A DNA stretch of 64,000 nt from an uncultured Acidobacteriota bacterium (GTDB lineage Bacteria > Acidobacteriota > UBA6911 > RPQK01 > JAPXNP01): assembly GCA_963777605.1 (NCBI GenBank), contig CAVZRV010000029.1, positions 224,001 to 288,000 of the forward strand, read 5' to 3'. The translations under genes and the position numbers were made by a program. This document shows, piece by piece, positions 10,731 through 20,280 of the stretch. Under the pieces are notes generated by a model. It did no database searches, was not told where the DNA came from, and worked only from the letters and a program-made list of their open reading frames with translations. The first letter of the stretch is position 1. Every line of letters begins with the position of its first letter.

Positions 10731-10758
10731 GGTTTTGATCACCTGATCAAAATCAACC
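10731..10758. terminator. Inverted repeat between convergent genes (possible bidirectional terminator)
   Basis: TTTTGATC-ACCT-GATCAAAA hairpin between the USP and DksA/TraR stop codons. Confidence 0.35.
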
Positions 10759-10763
10759 GGTCG

Positions 10764-11126
10764 TCAGCGATCGGATTCCAGGCGTTTCTGGCAATTGATG
10801 CACAATCGGACCATCGGCAGAGCACGGAGTCGCGGAAGGCCGATTTCGGATTCACAGCGGTCACATGTCCCGTATGTTTCATCGTCCATCTTCAAGAGTG
10901 CCGCGTCTATGTCCTTGAGTTCCTTGCGCTCCTGCAGGTCCAACGCCTTGAGGCTGTTGGCTGCCGCTTCTTCCTGGGCCTCTTCCGAGAATTCCGGCGG
11001 CCGGCTCTCGTCAAGCGCCAGCAGCGCCTGCCCAAAACTGTCGAGTTGCCCCACTATGTGTTTGCGCCGCTGAAACAGCTTCTCGCGGAGTTCCTCTACC
11101 GTCTTATGGTCGATCATCCATTGCAC
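10764..11126 (-). CDS. DksA/TraR C4-type zinc-finger protein
   Basis: Coiled coil followed by YGTCDRCESEIGLPRLRALP...LCINCQ. Confidence 0.9.
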   Translation of the reverse strand: MQWMIDHKTVEELREKLFQRRKHIVGQLDSFGQALLALDESRPPEFSEEAQEEAAANSLKALDLQERKELKDIDAALLKMDDETYGTCDRCESEIGLPRLRALPMVRLCINCQKRLESDR

Positions 11127-11226
11127 TCCTTGATTGTGATCCTCGGGTTAACCGTTTGATATAGGACGATAAGTCTAGCAGAGAATGTTTACTCAAGCGG
11201 CATAGAAGGAACTTGTGCTTGCCTAC

Positions 11227-12606
11227 TTAGTCGGCGCCCTTCCGGATTCCGTACTTCTTCATCTTGTAGCGCAGTGTATCCCGGGTGATGGACAGAAGGC
11301 GAGAGGCTTTGCTCTGGTTCCCACCAGCCTTGTTGAGGGCTTGTTCGATCAACTGCCGCTCGACGTCGTAAAGGTTGACGCCCCCGTCGGGAATCCGGAC
11401 GGCTCCGAGTTCCGACGTCTTGGACTCACCCTTGTACTCGGAAATTCTCAGCGGGAAGAGTTCCAGCGTGAGGAGACCCTCGTCTTGCAGGATCATCGCA
11501 CGTTCAATGGCGTTTCTGAGTTCGCGGACGTTGCCCGGCCAGGAGTAATTCTCCAGCGCCTTCTGGGCCTGGTCGGTGAGTCCGAGAACGGTCTTGTTGA
11601 AGCGCTGATTGTAGAAATCAACGAAGTGCCTGATCAAAACCGTGAGGTCCTCCCGCCGCTCCCGGAGCGGAGCCAGGGTAATCGGAATGACCGACAGCCG
11701 GTAAAACAGGTCCTCGCGGAACTCCTTCGACTGGGCCATCTTCTCGATGTCTTTATTGCTGGCGCAGATCACGCGGACGTCAACGTGGATGTCCTTGACG
11801 CCGCCGATGCGACGAAAAGTCTGGTCTTCCAGAACGCGCAGCAGCTTGGCTTGGAGATTGAGCGCCATCTCGCTAATCTCGTCAAAGAAGATGGAACCGC
11901 CGTCGGCGAGTTCGAATAGCCCCTTCTTCATCGCCTTGGCGTCCGTGAACGCGCCCCGTTCGTGACCGAACAGTTCACTCTCGAGGAGGTGTTCAGGAAT
12001 TGCCGCGCAGTTGAGGATCATGAAGGGCTGGCGATTGCGATTGCTCTCGTAGTGGAGGGCCTTGGCCACCAGGTCTTTTCCCGTACCGCTCTCACCCTGC
12101 ACGAGGATTGTGTTGGCTTCGCTGACGGCCACCTTGCGGACGAGTTGCTTCACCGACTGGATGACCTGTGACACACCAATGATACTGTCCAGCGAGTAGG
12201 AACTCTTCTGCTCCTTCTTGGTTCGGTCGATCTGTTCCCTGAGCGAACTCGTTTCGATCGCATTCTGAAGTGAGTGAAGCAATCGATCGAAGTTGATCGG
12301 CTTTTCCAGATAGTCGTAAGCGCCGATCTTGAGTGCCTTGACGGCATCCTCGACTGCTCCGTAGGCGGTGATCATCACGATCGGCGTGTTGGGGAAAAGC
12401 TTCTTGAGTTCCAGGAGGAGTTTCAGTCCGCTGCCGTCGGGCAGGCGGACATCGAGGGTGACCAGTTCGGGAAGGTTCTCCTGAAAGAGGGTCAGCGCGC
12501 TTTCGCAGGAATCCGCTTCGAGGACCGAGTAGCCGGCCGCTTCCAGTTTCTGCCGAATGGACCAGCGTACGAGCTTCTCGTCATCGACGACCAGGACAGT
12601 TTTCAT
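11227..12606 (-). CDS. Sigma54-dependent response regulator (NtrC/AtoC family: REC-AAA+-Fis HTH)
   Basis: VLVVDDE receiver, GESGTGKD Walker A, GAFTDA loop, WPGNVREL, C-terminal HTH. Confidence 0.95.
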   Translation of the reverse strand: MKTVLVVDDEKLVRWSIRQKLEAAGYSVLEADSCESALTLFQENLPELVTLDVRLPDGSGLKLLLELKKLFPNTPIVMITAYGAVEDAVKALKIGAYDYLEKPINFDRLLHSLQNAIETSSLREQIDRTKKEQKSSYSLDSIIGVSQVIQSVKQLVRKVAVSEANTILVQGESGTGKDLVAKALHYESNRNRQPFMILNCAAIPEHLLESELFGHERGAFTDAKAMKKGLFELADGGSIFFDEISEMALNLQAKLLRVLEDQTFRRIGGVKDIHVDVRVICASNKDIEKMAQSKEFREDLFYRLSVIPITLAPLRERREDLTVLIRHFVDFYNQRFNKTVLGLTDQAQKALENYSWPGNVRELRNAIERAMILQDEGLLTLELFPLRISEYKGESKTSELGAVRIPDGGVNLYDVERQLIEQALNKAGGNQSKASRLLSITRDTLRYKMKKYGIRKGAD

Positions 12607-12757
12607 GCTGAATTTTCCATTGATCCATGATGGATGTGAGCGGGAGACGCGATCGAATCAAGGTCTTTGAGCGATCCCGCACCATCCAAATCTGCCGGAT
12701 CATCTCAATCGTCCGGCACCCTAATTGATGTGCTGTTACGTACGGCTTAATCACTTT

Positions 12758-12773
12758 AGCAATTTCGGTGCCG
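12758..12773 (-). promoter_or_regulatory. Putative sigma54 (-24/-12) promoter upstream of the response regulator
   Basis: Minus strand CGGCACCGAAATTGCT = GG-N10-GC, with GGCAC and TTGCT. Confidence 0.6.
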
Positions 12774-12938
12774 GAAGCGTTCCACCACGGTCAAACCGGC
12801 CCGGCAGGCCCGAGAAAATGTGGATCGGCGGGTGATAATCGTCCCCGACGGCGTTAATCACCCGCCCGCGCCAGTTGCCTCTTGGTGGAACAGGTGAAGC
12901 TGAAAGCAATGAGTGGGGCAAATCCCCCAGCGGCCCAT

Positions 12939-14456
12939 CTATTGTCCTGGCGGCAACACTTCAGGATAGGTTTCGCAACGATCTGGCAAGTCCCGGACTG
13001 TCTCCGGTGACTTCCCGCGCAGGTTGATTTCAGGTACCCGCACAGTAACGGTTGTACCCCGGTTGCGTATACTCGACAGCGAAATGGAACCCCCGTGAGC
13101 ATCCAGAATCTTCTTGCAGATTGCCAACCCGAGCCCGGTGCCCCGGTTCTTGGTGGTGAAGAAGGGTCGAAACACGTCACGAAGCAGTTCCTCCGGTACG
13201 CCGTCGCCCGAGTCTCGGATCACAACCTCGACGAAGCCCCTCGGTTCGCGATAGTCGAACCGGATCTCGCCGGCGCCCCCCATGGCTTCCTTGGCATTGT
13301 CCAGGACGTTCCAGAGTACCTTCTCGAAGAGCCAGGGATCGACCCGTGCCTGCTTCTGAGCCGAAGTTCCAAACCTGAATTTCAAGTGAGGAAGATCCTT
13401 GTGCTCCTGGTAGCCTCGAGCCACCCGTTCCACGATTTCATGCAGGTCGCAGGCCTGGAAATCGGGGTTCCATGGGCGGGAGAATGCGAGCAGGTCCCGA
13501 ACTGTGTTGTCGAGGCGCCGAACCTCCGTGAGAATGTCTTCCATCACCTGGCGGCGGGGATCCTCCGAGTCCAGGGTGTCCTTCAGAATCTCGATCGCTC
13601 CACTGATCCCGGCCAGGGGATTCTTGATCTCGTGCGCGACCGACGCTGCCATTTCGCCGATTGCCGCCAGTTTCTGGGCCTGGATGATCCCATCCTGGAG
13701 TTTCTTGAACTCGGTCAGGTCACGGACGACGCCGGTGAACATCTTTCGGCCATGCACGGTGAAATCACTGACCGCCAGGTAGAGGGGAAAGGTGGATCCG
13801 TCCCTTCTGCGTCCGACAACCTCCCGTCCTCGGCCAATGATGTGAGTCTCGCGCGTTCTCAGAAAGTGGTCGATGTAGGCCGGGTGATGGCCCCGGTACG
13901 GGTCAGGCATGAGAATGTTGACCGCTTTCCCAATGATCTCGTCGGGGTCGTAGCCGAAAATCCGGACGGCTGCCGGGTTGAAGGTAAGGATGTGCCCGGC
14001 TTCATCGATCGTGATGATGCCGTCCACACAGGTTTCCAGGATCGCGCGAAGAGTGGTCTCACTTTCGACCAGGGCCTTCTTGGTCTCCCGTTGGACCGTG
14101 ACGTCTTCACCGGTGCTGAGGATTTCGTGCACCTGTCCCTGGTCGTCGCGGATCAAGGTGTTTCGCCAGGCGATCAGTTTCTCTTTCCCGGTCGCGGTAT
14201 TTACGGGGTTCTCGGCAAACTCCCCCAAAGAGGTTTCCCCGTCACGAAGTCCCTGGAACACCTGGACGACCGACTCGCGGACCGAGAGGGGGACGAAGTC
14301 GCTGAACCAGTTTCTGCCCATGACCACTGATTCGTCGCATTCCAGGACTTCGCATCCCTTGTGGTTGATGAACCTGACTTCTCCATCCGTTCCCAGAACC
14401 AGAATGATGACGTTGGCCTGGTCAAGATACTGTCGAACCGACGAATTTTGTCGCAT
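12939..14456 (-). CDS. Two-PAS sensor histidine kinase (second PAS FixL-like)
   Basis: PAS domains (LMPDPYRGHH...IIGRGREVVGRRRDGSTFP), H-box AHEIKNPL, N-box, DSGDG, FFTTK, GTGLGL. Confidence 0.93.
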   Translation of the reverse strand: MRQNSSVRQYLDQANVIILVLGTDGEVRFINHKGCEVLECDESVVMGRNWFSDFVPLSVRESVVQVFQGLRDGETSLGEFAENPVNTATGKEKLIAWRNTLIRDDQGQVHEILSTGEDVTVQRETKKALVESETTLRAILETCVDGIITIDEAGHILTFNPAAVRIFGYDPDEIIGKAVNILMPDPYRGHHPAYIDHFLRTRETHIIGRGREVVGRRRDGSTFPLYLAVSDFTVHGRKMFTGVVRDLTEFKKLQDGIIQAQKLAAIGEMAASVAHEIKNPLAGISGAIEILKDTLDSEDPRRQVMEDILTEVRRLDNTVRDLLAFSRPWNPDFQACDLHEIVERVARGYQEHKDLPHLKFRFGTSAQKQARVDPWLFEKVLWNVLDNAKEAMGGAGEIRFDYREPRGFVEVVIRDSGDGVPEELLRDVFRPFFTTKNRGTGLGLAICKKILDAHGGSISLSSIRNRGTTVTVRVPEINLRGKSPETVRDLPDRCETYPEVLPPGQ

Positions 14457-14531
14457 AGAGTTCGCTCCCCGAAGGTGCGGCAGGGATGAAACGTGTTGTT
14501 TTCAACTCACTCTAACAGATTTGCAGGCGCC

Positions 14532-15725
14532 TCAGTGCCTGATCCGCCAGTCGTTCCGCTCCACCGGACCGGGATTGTCGAAGCGGAACGAACTGAAGAC
14601 CAGTCCCGAGACCGAAGGGTGATCGAGTAGTCGGCTCTCTTCCGCGGGGTCTCGCTCCTTCCACTGCCGGGACAGGAACAGGCGGGCCATTGTTCCCTCC
14701 AGTAACGGACCGTAGTCGCGGTCCAGGCTGACTGTGAGCTCGGGCATTTCGAGCCCGTCAAGGTAATTCTGCAAGTAGCCGTACCCGCGGTGCATGGGCC
14801 AGAGGGAATGCCACATGGACGGACACTGGGAGGAGTTCTGATCGATGATCAAGTCGTCGACAAGACCCTGACGGAGCCAACTTCGCCAGTCGAGCGTCTG
14901 GTTTCCCATCGGAGGCCCGATGACGTCTCCCCTCGGGACCCCGACGGCCAACCGGACGTGCCGCGAGGCCAGACTCTCTCGCAGGTCGGCCAGAAAGCGG
15001 GTCAGAAACTCTCCCCGGAGATTCCGCCAGGCCTTGAGGTGGAAGTCGGTCTCCAGGATGTCGGTTTCATAACGCATTTCAAAGGCGTCCCGCAACGCTT
15101 CATTGAAGCCGAACTGGTCGCCAAAGTAAGCCGGTTTTGACTGGGAGCGCAGGCAGACAAACAGTCCGTCAAACGGGTAACCCTCCAGTAGCCTGGTAAA
15201 CAGGCTGATGAAGTGGTTCCGAACTTCCGGGTATGCCAGGGATAAAACTCCCCACTGACGCTCCCGACCGGTCCGGTCCACGACCGCGTACTCCGGATTG
15301 TCGCGGCTGAAACGGCTCTGGAAGCTTAGGTGCCGGCCGTGCATCGCGTTGTGGTAACTGATTTCCCGGATTGTCGCGTCGGCCAGCGGCCAGCCTTCGT
15401 CGAAGAGCGTGACATAGAGGTAGGCCGCAACCCGGTGGGCATGGCATAATCGGCAGACTTCCGCGAAATCGTCCCAGCAGGTAGCGGGATTCCCACCTTG
15501 AACCGGAGGTTGGTCTCCCGAATAGAAATAGCCGTCCAGCCGCGATCTCAATTCACGCCAGAGCACGATTCCTGCGGCAAGTTCTTCCTTCCAGGTTGTG
15601 AGACGCCGCTCAAGCGCTCCAGGGTCGGCGAGGCGTCCATCCCCTTCTCCGAATTGCAGGTGATCTCCCCATGAGACGCTGACGACGTTGCGGCTGGTTA
15701 GGTTGCCCATCTGCTCGGACATCAC
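14532..15725 (-). CDS. Hypothetical TIM-barrel protein, glycosyl-hydrolase-like (GHL10-type)
   Basis: LSLAYPEVRNHF...YPFDGLF, W..LRGEFLTRF, DWRSWLRQGLVDDL resemble GHL10 family proteins. Confidence 0.55.
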   Translation of the reverse strand: MMSEQMGNLTSRNVVSVSWGDHLQFGEGDGRLADPGALERRLTTWKEELAAGIVLWRELRSRLDGYFYSGDQPPVQGGNPATCWDDFAEVCRLCHAHRVAAYLYVTLFDEGWPLADATIREISYHNAMHGRHLSFQSRFSRDNPEYAVVDRTGRERQWGVLSLAYPEVRNHFISLFTRLLEGYPFDGLFVCLRSQSKPAYFGDQFGFNEALRDAFEMRYETDILETDFHLKAWRNLRGEFLTRFLADLRESLASRHVRLAVGVPRGDVIGPPMGNQTLDWRSWLRQGLVDDLIIDQNSSQCPSMWHSLWPMHRGYGYLQNYLDGLEMPELTVSLDRDYGPLLEGTMARLFLSRQWKERDPAEESRLLDHPSVSGLVFSSFRFDNPGPVERNDWRIRH

Positions 15726-15798
15726 TTCAATCTCCGAGTAACAGCCGGGAATCGGGCGCCGCGAAACCTCAGGCTTTAGTTCCGCGCGGAGGCGGAGC

Positions 15799-16506
15799 TT
15801 AGTCGGGTCTCCGGGACTCCACCCGGCGCATTTCGTGGTTCAGATCATCGATCCTGCGGTCGAGACGCTGGACTTCTCCGCGAAGCCAGTTCAGATCTCC
15901 GGACACCTTGGTCTGAAGATCCGAAATGGATGAACTTTGTGAAGCAACCCGCTCCAGGATCGCGGTCCGAACCGTTTCGGACTCTTTTGAGTGCCCCTTA
16001 AGCTCATCTTCGATCTGGGACTTGATCGTCTCGATTCGCCCGGCAATCGTGTTCAGCGTGGCCGTGGACTGTGTAATGTGTTGCTGGCACGCTTCGATTT
16101 CACGCTTGAGTTGATCCGCTGCGGAGCCCCGCTTGGAGGATTCATCCTCGAGCGCCGCGGCAATGCGGTCCATCGAATTGCGGGTTTCCTCCAGAAGTTT
16201 CTTGTTCTCCTGGATTTCTTCGCCTTTCGAGTCGACCGCCGTACTCAGCACCTCGCTGAACTTCTTGTCTTTGCCTGCCAGTTCCGTCCCGATCAGTTCG
16301 TAAAGTCGCTCGATCTGCTGGACCTGGCCCTCGAGTCCCCTGCGTTCCCGGCTTTCGCGATTGATATCCTGTTTCAGTTCATCAAAAAGTTTGTTCTGGC
16401 GGGTAAACTGGTAGGCGGAGTAGCCGAATAAACCTCCCCCGACGGCAATGATCAGCAGCAACCACAGGGTTGTAGTAACCGCTGACCCGCGTTCTCCGTT
16501 TGTCAT
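15799..16506 (-). CDS. Membrane-anchored coiled-coil protein
   Basis: One N-terminal TM helix then heptad-rich sequence; TATAAT and GGAGG upstream. Confidence 0.75.
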   Translation of the reverse strand: MTNGERGSAVTTTLWLLLIIAVGGGLFGYSAYQFTRQNKLFDELKQDINRESRERRGLEGQVQQIERLYELIGTELAGKDKKFSEVLSTAVDSKGEEIQENKKLLEETRNSMDRIAAALEDESSKRGSAADQLKREIEACQQHITQSTATLNTIAGRIETIKSQIEDELKGHSKESETVRTAILERVASQSSSISDLQTKVSGDLNWLRGEVQRLDRRIDDLNHEMRRVESRRPD

Positions 16507-16734
16507 ATCGGTGAGCCTCCCATCGCGATTATAACGGCAGCCGGGTCAATACGCGAACGACTGGCGGAACCCGGTTTCGCTCACCGGTTTGTCTATCACC
16601 TGCTGGCCGCCAGCCCGCCGGATGTCCAGCGGGACTTGCTGGAAAATCTCTGTTTTCTCGAAGTCGGCGTCCGATCCCAACCGCCCGAACGGCATCTACA
16701 TTATCCGGTTTCGAAAGGGTGAGGTCTGAGTTGT

Positions 16735-17034
16735 TTACTGTACGAAATCAAGGGGTGGTTCGGGACTTCCCTGGTGCTCACGGATCTCGCCGAACTTCTC
16801 CTCGAAACGGCGGATGTTCTCTCCCAGGGCACGGTGAAATCGCTTGGCGTGACCAGGGCTCGTAATGATGCTGGCCTGAAGCTGCCCGACCATGTTGTCC
16901 GGAGCTACGTAGAGAAACCGGATGGTGAACTCTTCCGCGGTGTGGGTGATCTGTGCCAGGGTGGAATATCTTCCAAAGAGCTCGTTTTCGGCTGCCTTTA
17001 CCTGAATGCCCTGCGGGTCTCTCTTGTCGTCCAT
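16735..17034 (-). CDS. DUF3467-like protein
   Basis: GRYSTLAQITHTAEEF.I.F...SPGHAKR...LGENIRRFEEKFGEI; AGGAG RBS. Confidence 0.85.
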   Translation of the reverse strand: MDDKRDPQGIQVKAAENELFGRYSTLAQITHTAEEFTIRFLYVAPDNMVGQLQASIITSPGHAKRFHRALGENIRRFEEKFGEIREHQGSPEPPLDFVQ

Positions 17035-17069
17035 TAAGAATCTCCTCTTGTCTGTCGTCGGAACGAGGG

Positions 17070-20000
17070 TCAGTGCCTTCGAACCTTGTCGAACTGCTCT
17101 CGTACGGTCCGAGCCAGTATACGGGTATCGTAGGGTTTCGGGATGAGGCCGGCGACGCCGATCTCCGCGGCCGCCCGGGTCAGGGTCTCGTTGGGGGCAC
17201 CGGTGCAGAGGATGATCGGCAGTTCCGGATTGGTAGCCCGGATCTGTCTGGCAAGTTCGAGGCCCGTCATGCCCGGCATGGTCTGATCGGAAATGACCAA
17301 CTGGATGGTATCGCGCATCCGCGCCAGAACTTCGGTGGCCTCCTGCCCATTGGTTGCGGTGATGACCTGGTAGCCGAGGCGGCGCAGAAATTTCTGTCCG
17401 AAATTCACCAGCCCAATTTCATCGTCAACGAAGAGGATCGTTTCGGTCCCGACCGGATAGGCCTCGTAATTTTGGGGATCAAACAGTTCATTCTGAGTGG
17501 GAGCTGCCGGGATGGTCATGCAGACACGGGTGCCTTCTCCGACCTGGCTCTGAACTTCAATTTGGCCGCCCACGCTCTGGATGATTCCCTGGACTACCGA
17601 GAGGCCCAGGCCTGTCCCTTTTCCCGGATCCTTGGTGGTAAAAAACGGGTCGAAAATCCGATCGATCAGGTGAGGGGGGATCCCGCAACCGGTGTCCTCC
17701 ACCTCGAGTATCACATTCTCGCTCCGCTCTGCGCTTTCCTCATCTTCGATTTCTTTTCTGGGGGCCTGCGCGGAGAGGCGGATCGTCATGACCCCTCCGG
17801 ACGCCTCCATCGCATGAGCAGCGTTCGTGCCGAGGTTGACGATCAATTGGTGGATTTCCGTGGGATCGCCCAGGATCGAGGGGATGGGGCCGACGATCTC
17901 CTTCTGGAACTCAATTGTTGTCGGCAGGGTTGCCCGCAGCAACTTGATCGCCTCCCGGACTGCGCTCTCAGGATTGAGAGGCCTCCGATCGAGAGCGCCT
18001 TTTCGGCTGAAGGTCAGAATCTGGGCGACAAGCGCCTTGGCCCTCTCCGCTGCCCGGAGAACCATCTGGAGATCCTGGTAAGTCTGGCTTTCGGGTTCGA
18101 CCCCTTCGTCGATAGCGAGTTCCGTGTTGCCGATGATGACGCTCAGGATGTTGTTGAAGTCATGGGCGATGCCTCCGGCCAGGGTGCCGATGGCTTCCAG
18201 TTTCTGCTGCTGACGGAGGCGTTGATCCCGCTCCCGTTTCTCAGAGATGTCCCGGACAAGCGCCAGAATTTGTCTTCCCTTCGGCATGGTGACGACCTGC
18301 GCGTCCATTTCGATAGGCAGGGCCGGTCCCTCAGGGTGCTGAAACTCCATTTCGAGTCCCCGGATCGGCCCGGTACGATCCGAGGTCTGGATTGCCGACC
18401 GGCATCGTGCCTGGTCTGTCGACGAGAGCAGGCTCCAGAACGACTGCCCGGTCCAGCGATCTCGTCCAGGGGCGCCGGCCATCTCCGCGAACGCGTTGTT
18501 GGCATCGCTGATCAATCCGCTCTTCTGTTCGAAAATGGCGAAGCCGGTGTTGGTCAACTCCACCAGGCTGCGGTACTTGCGCTCGCTTTCCTCCAACGCT
18601 TCCTTGTCTGCCTTGGATTCGGTGATGTCGTCGTAGCAGCCCAGGATCCCGATGACCTGCCCGTCGGAGGACCGCAGCGGAATCTTCCAGGTCCGGATCC
18701 ATGAGTAGGATCCGTCACTGCGAGGCTGGACTTCCTCATAGCTCAGCTTGGGCTGTCCCGTCGTCATGATCTCGCGGTCGTCTGCCTGGTACCGGGACGC
18801 CTGGTCTTTCCAGGTCATCTCGGCGTCAGATTTCCCAACGATCTCCCGTGCGTCCTTTAAACCGGCGTCGCGGGTGAAGTTGACGTTGCAGCCCAGAAAC
18901 CGGCTCTCGCGGTCTTTCCAGAACACCCGTACAGGAATGGTGTCGAGGACCGCACGAAGCATGTCTTCGGATTCACGACGGGCCTGGTCCATCCGGTGCC
19001 TTCGAGTCACGTCGCGGACAAGCGCCTGGAGGTAGTGGACGTCGAGTACCTCCACCGATGTCATCGAGATTTCGGTGTTAATGATCTCGCCGGTTGCTTT
19101 TTGAAGGACCGTTTCGAAGAACTGGTGGTTGCCTCCCGATGCCGCATCGATACGCTGGCGTAGACGATTGGGTTGGCTGTGCGAAATCACTTCGGGTCCA
19201 GGACCGAAGTAGAGCAGCGATTTCCCGATGAGTTCGTCTCTTGGGAGTCCGAGCATGAAGACCGCCGTCGGGTTGCAATCGACAATGGTATCTCCAGAGA
19301 GCATCAGGATCGCGTCTTGAGCTCCCACGAACAGGGCGCGATACTTGGTGTAGCTTTCCATCACCTCCTCGCGCGCCTTCTGGATCTCGGTAATGTCCCT
19401 TCCTTCCGGGAGTAGAAAGACCACCTCACCGGCATCGTTCAAAATTGGGGTGATCGAGACGTCAAAGCTGCGCTGGGCCCCGGAGAGGTCAATGTGAGTA
19501 CTCTCGAACCGGACGAACTCTCCTGCGGCGGCGTGGCGAATTGCGTCGTGTAGATCGGCTTGGATATTGGGATCGTAGGCCCACCAGGGAGTTTCCCAGA
19601 ACGGCCTTCCGAGGACGTCGGAGCGCGAGACCCCGGCAAAGGTCAGAGCCGAATCGTTGGCATCCAGCAGAACTCCGGCGGGCGACAATAGCCCGATGAA
19701 CTGGAACGTCTGGTTGAAGATCGCCCGAAACTTCTCTTCGCTTTCCCTGAGCGCTCTTTCAGTTCGCTTCCGGTCACTGATGTCGCGCCAGGTACAGTAA
19801 AGAAGATCCTTGGCTCCCAGTCGGATCCTCGCCAGCGTCACCTCTACAGGGAGATTCTCTCCGTTGGCTTTGAGGTGCTCCCAGTTGAAACGGTGAACGC
19901 CCCTCTCGTTGGCAATCTGGATCATCGCGCTCGCCTTCGCCTCGGAAGGCATCCCATCCGACTGGACTGGAGGAGAGAGTTGAGAGGGGTGCCGCGAGAG

Positions 20001-20177
20001 CAGGCCCTCACGGTCGTCGTAGCCCATGGCGCTGACTGCGGCCCTGTTGCAATCGACGAACACTTCGCCGTCGATCAACCAGCCCGGGTCGGGCGAATGT
20101 TCGAACAGGTGTCTGAACAGACGTTCGGACCGGTCTTCTGGACCGTCGTCGATTCCGGAGCTAAGTCTCGGATCCAA
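17070..20177 (-). CDS. Hybrid multi-PAS sensor histidine kinase / receiver
   Basis: Five PAS/PAC-like domains, [22 protein letters not shown], receiver ILFVDDE..DQTMP; probable TTG start at 20177 after GGAGG. The longer ORF in the track is fused to frameshifted leuS sequence. Confidence 0.88.
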   Translation of the reverse strand: MDPRLSSGIDDGPEDRSERLFRHLFEHSPDPGWLIDGEVFVDCNRAAVSAMGYDDREGLLSRHPSQLSPPVQSDGMPSEAKASAMIQIANERGVHRFNWEHLKANGENLPVEVTLARIRLGAKDLLYCTWRDISDRKRTERALRESEEKFRAIFNQTFQFIGLLSPAGVLLDANDSALTFAGVSRSDVLGRPFWETPWWAYDPNIQADLHDAIRHAAAGEFVRFESTHIDLSGAQRSFDVSITPILNDAGEVVFLLPEGRDITEIQKAREEVMESYTKYRALFVGAQDAILMLSGDTIVDCNPTAVFMLGLPRDELIGKSLLYFGPGPEVISHSQPNRLRQRIDAASGGNHQFFETVLQKATGEIINTEISMTSVEVLDVHYLQALVRDVTRRHRMDQARRESEDMLRAVLDTIPVRVFWKDRESRFLGCNVNFTRDAGLKDAREIVGKSDAEMTWKDQASRYQADDREIMTTGQPKLSYEEVQPRSDGSYSWIRTWKIPLRSSDGQVIGILGCYDDITESKADKEALEESERKYRSLVELTNTGFAIFEQKSGLISDANNAFAEMAGAPGRDRWTGQSFWSLLSSTDQARCRSAIQTSDRTGPIRGLEMEFQHPEGPALPIEMDAQVVTMPKGRQILALVRDISEKRERDQRLRQQQKLEAIGTLAGGIAHDFNNILSVIIGNTELAIDEGVEPESQTYQDLQMVLRAAERAKALVAQILTFSRKGALDRRPLNPESAVREAIKLLRATLPTTIEFQKEIVGPIPSILGDPTEIHQLIVNLGTNAAHAMEASGGVMTIRLSAQAPRKEIEDEESAERSENVILEVEDTGCGIPPHLIDRIFDPFFTTKDPGKGTGLGLSVVQGIIQSVGGQIEVQSQVGEGTRVCMTIPAAPTQNELFDPQNYEAYPVGTETILFVDDEIGLVNFGQKFLRRLGYQVITATNGQEATEVLARMRDTIQLVISDQTMPGMTGLELARQIRATNPELPIILCTGAPNETLTRAAAEIGVAGLIPKPYDTRILARTVREQFDKVRRH

Positions 20178-20280
20178 ATACGCCTCCCCCAAGTCAAACG
20201 AGCGACTTGCCGGACCCGTCGCCCGAACCCTGGACTGGGACAAGAGGCGTTCCCAATTGTCCCGGGTTTTCGGGGCGAAC

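Noticed and set aside
10733-10752. FNR/CRP box
   Set aside because: TTGAT-N6-ATCAA has the wrong spacing (FNR needs N4) and lies between two gene ends.
16953-18704. Long antisense ORFs (also 6944-8152, 13095-14330, 27836-29059, 29783-31123)
   Set aside because: Shadow frames of well-supported genes in GC-rich DNA, with no motifs of their own.
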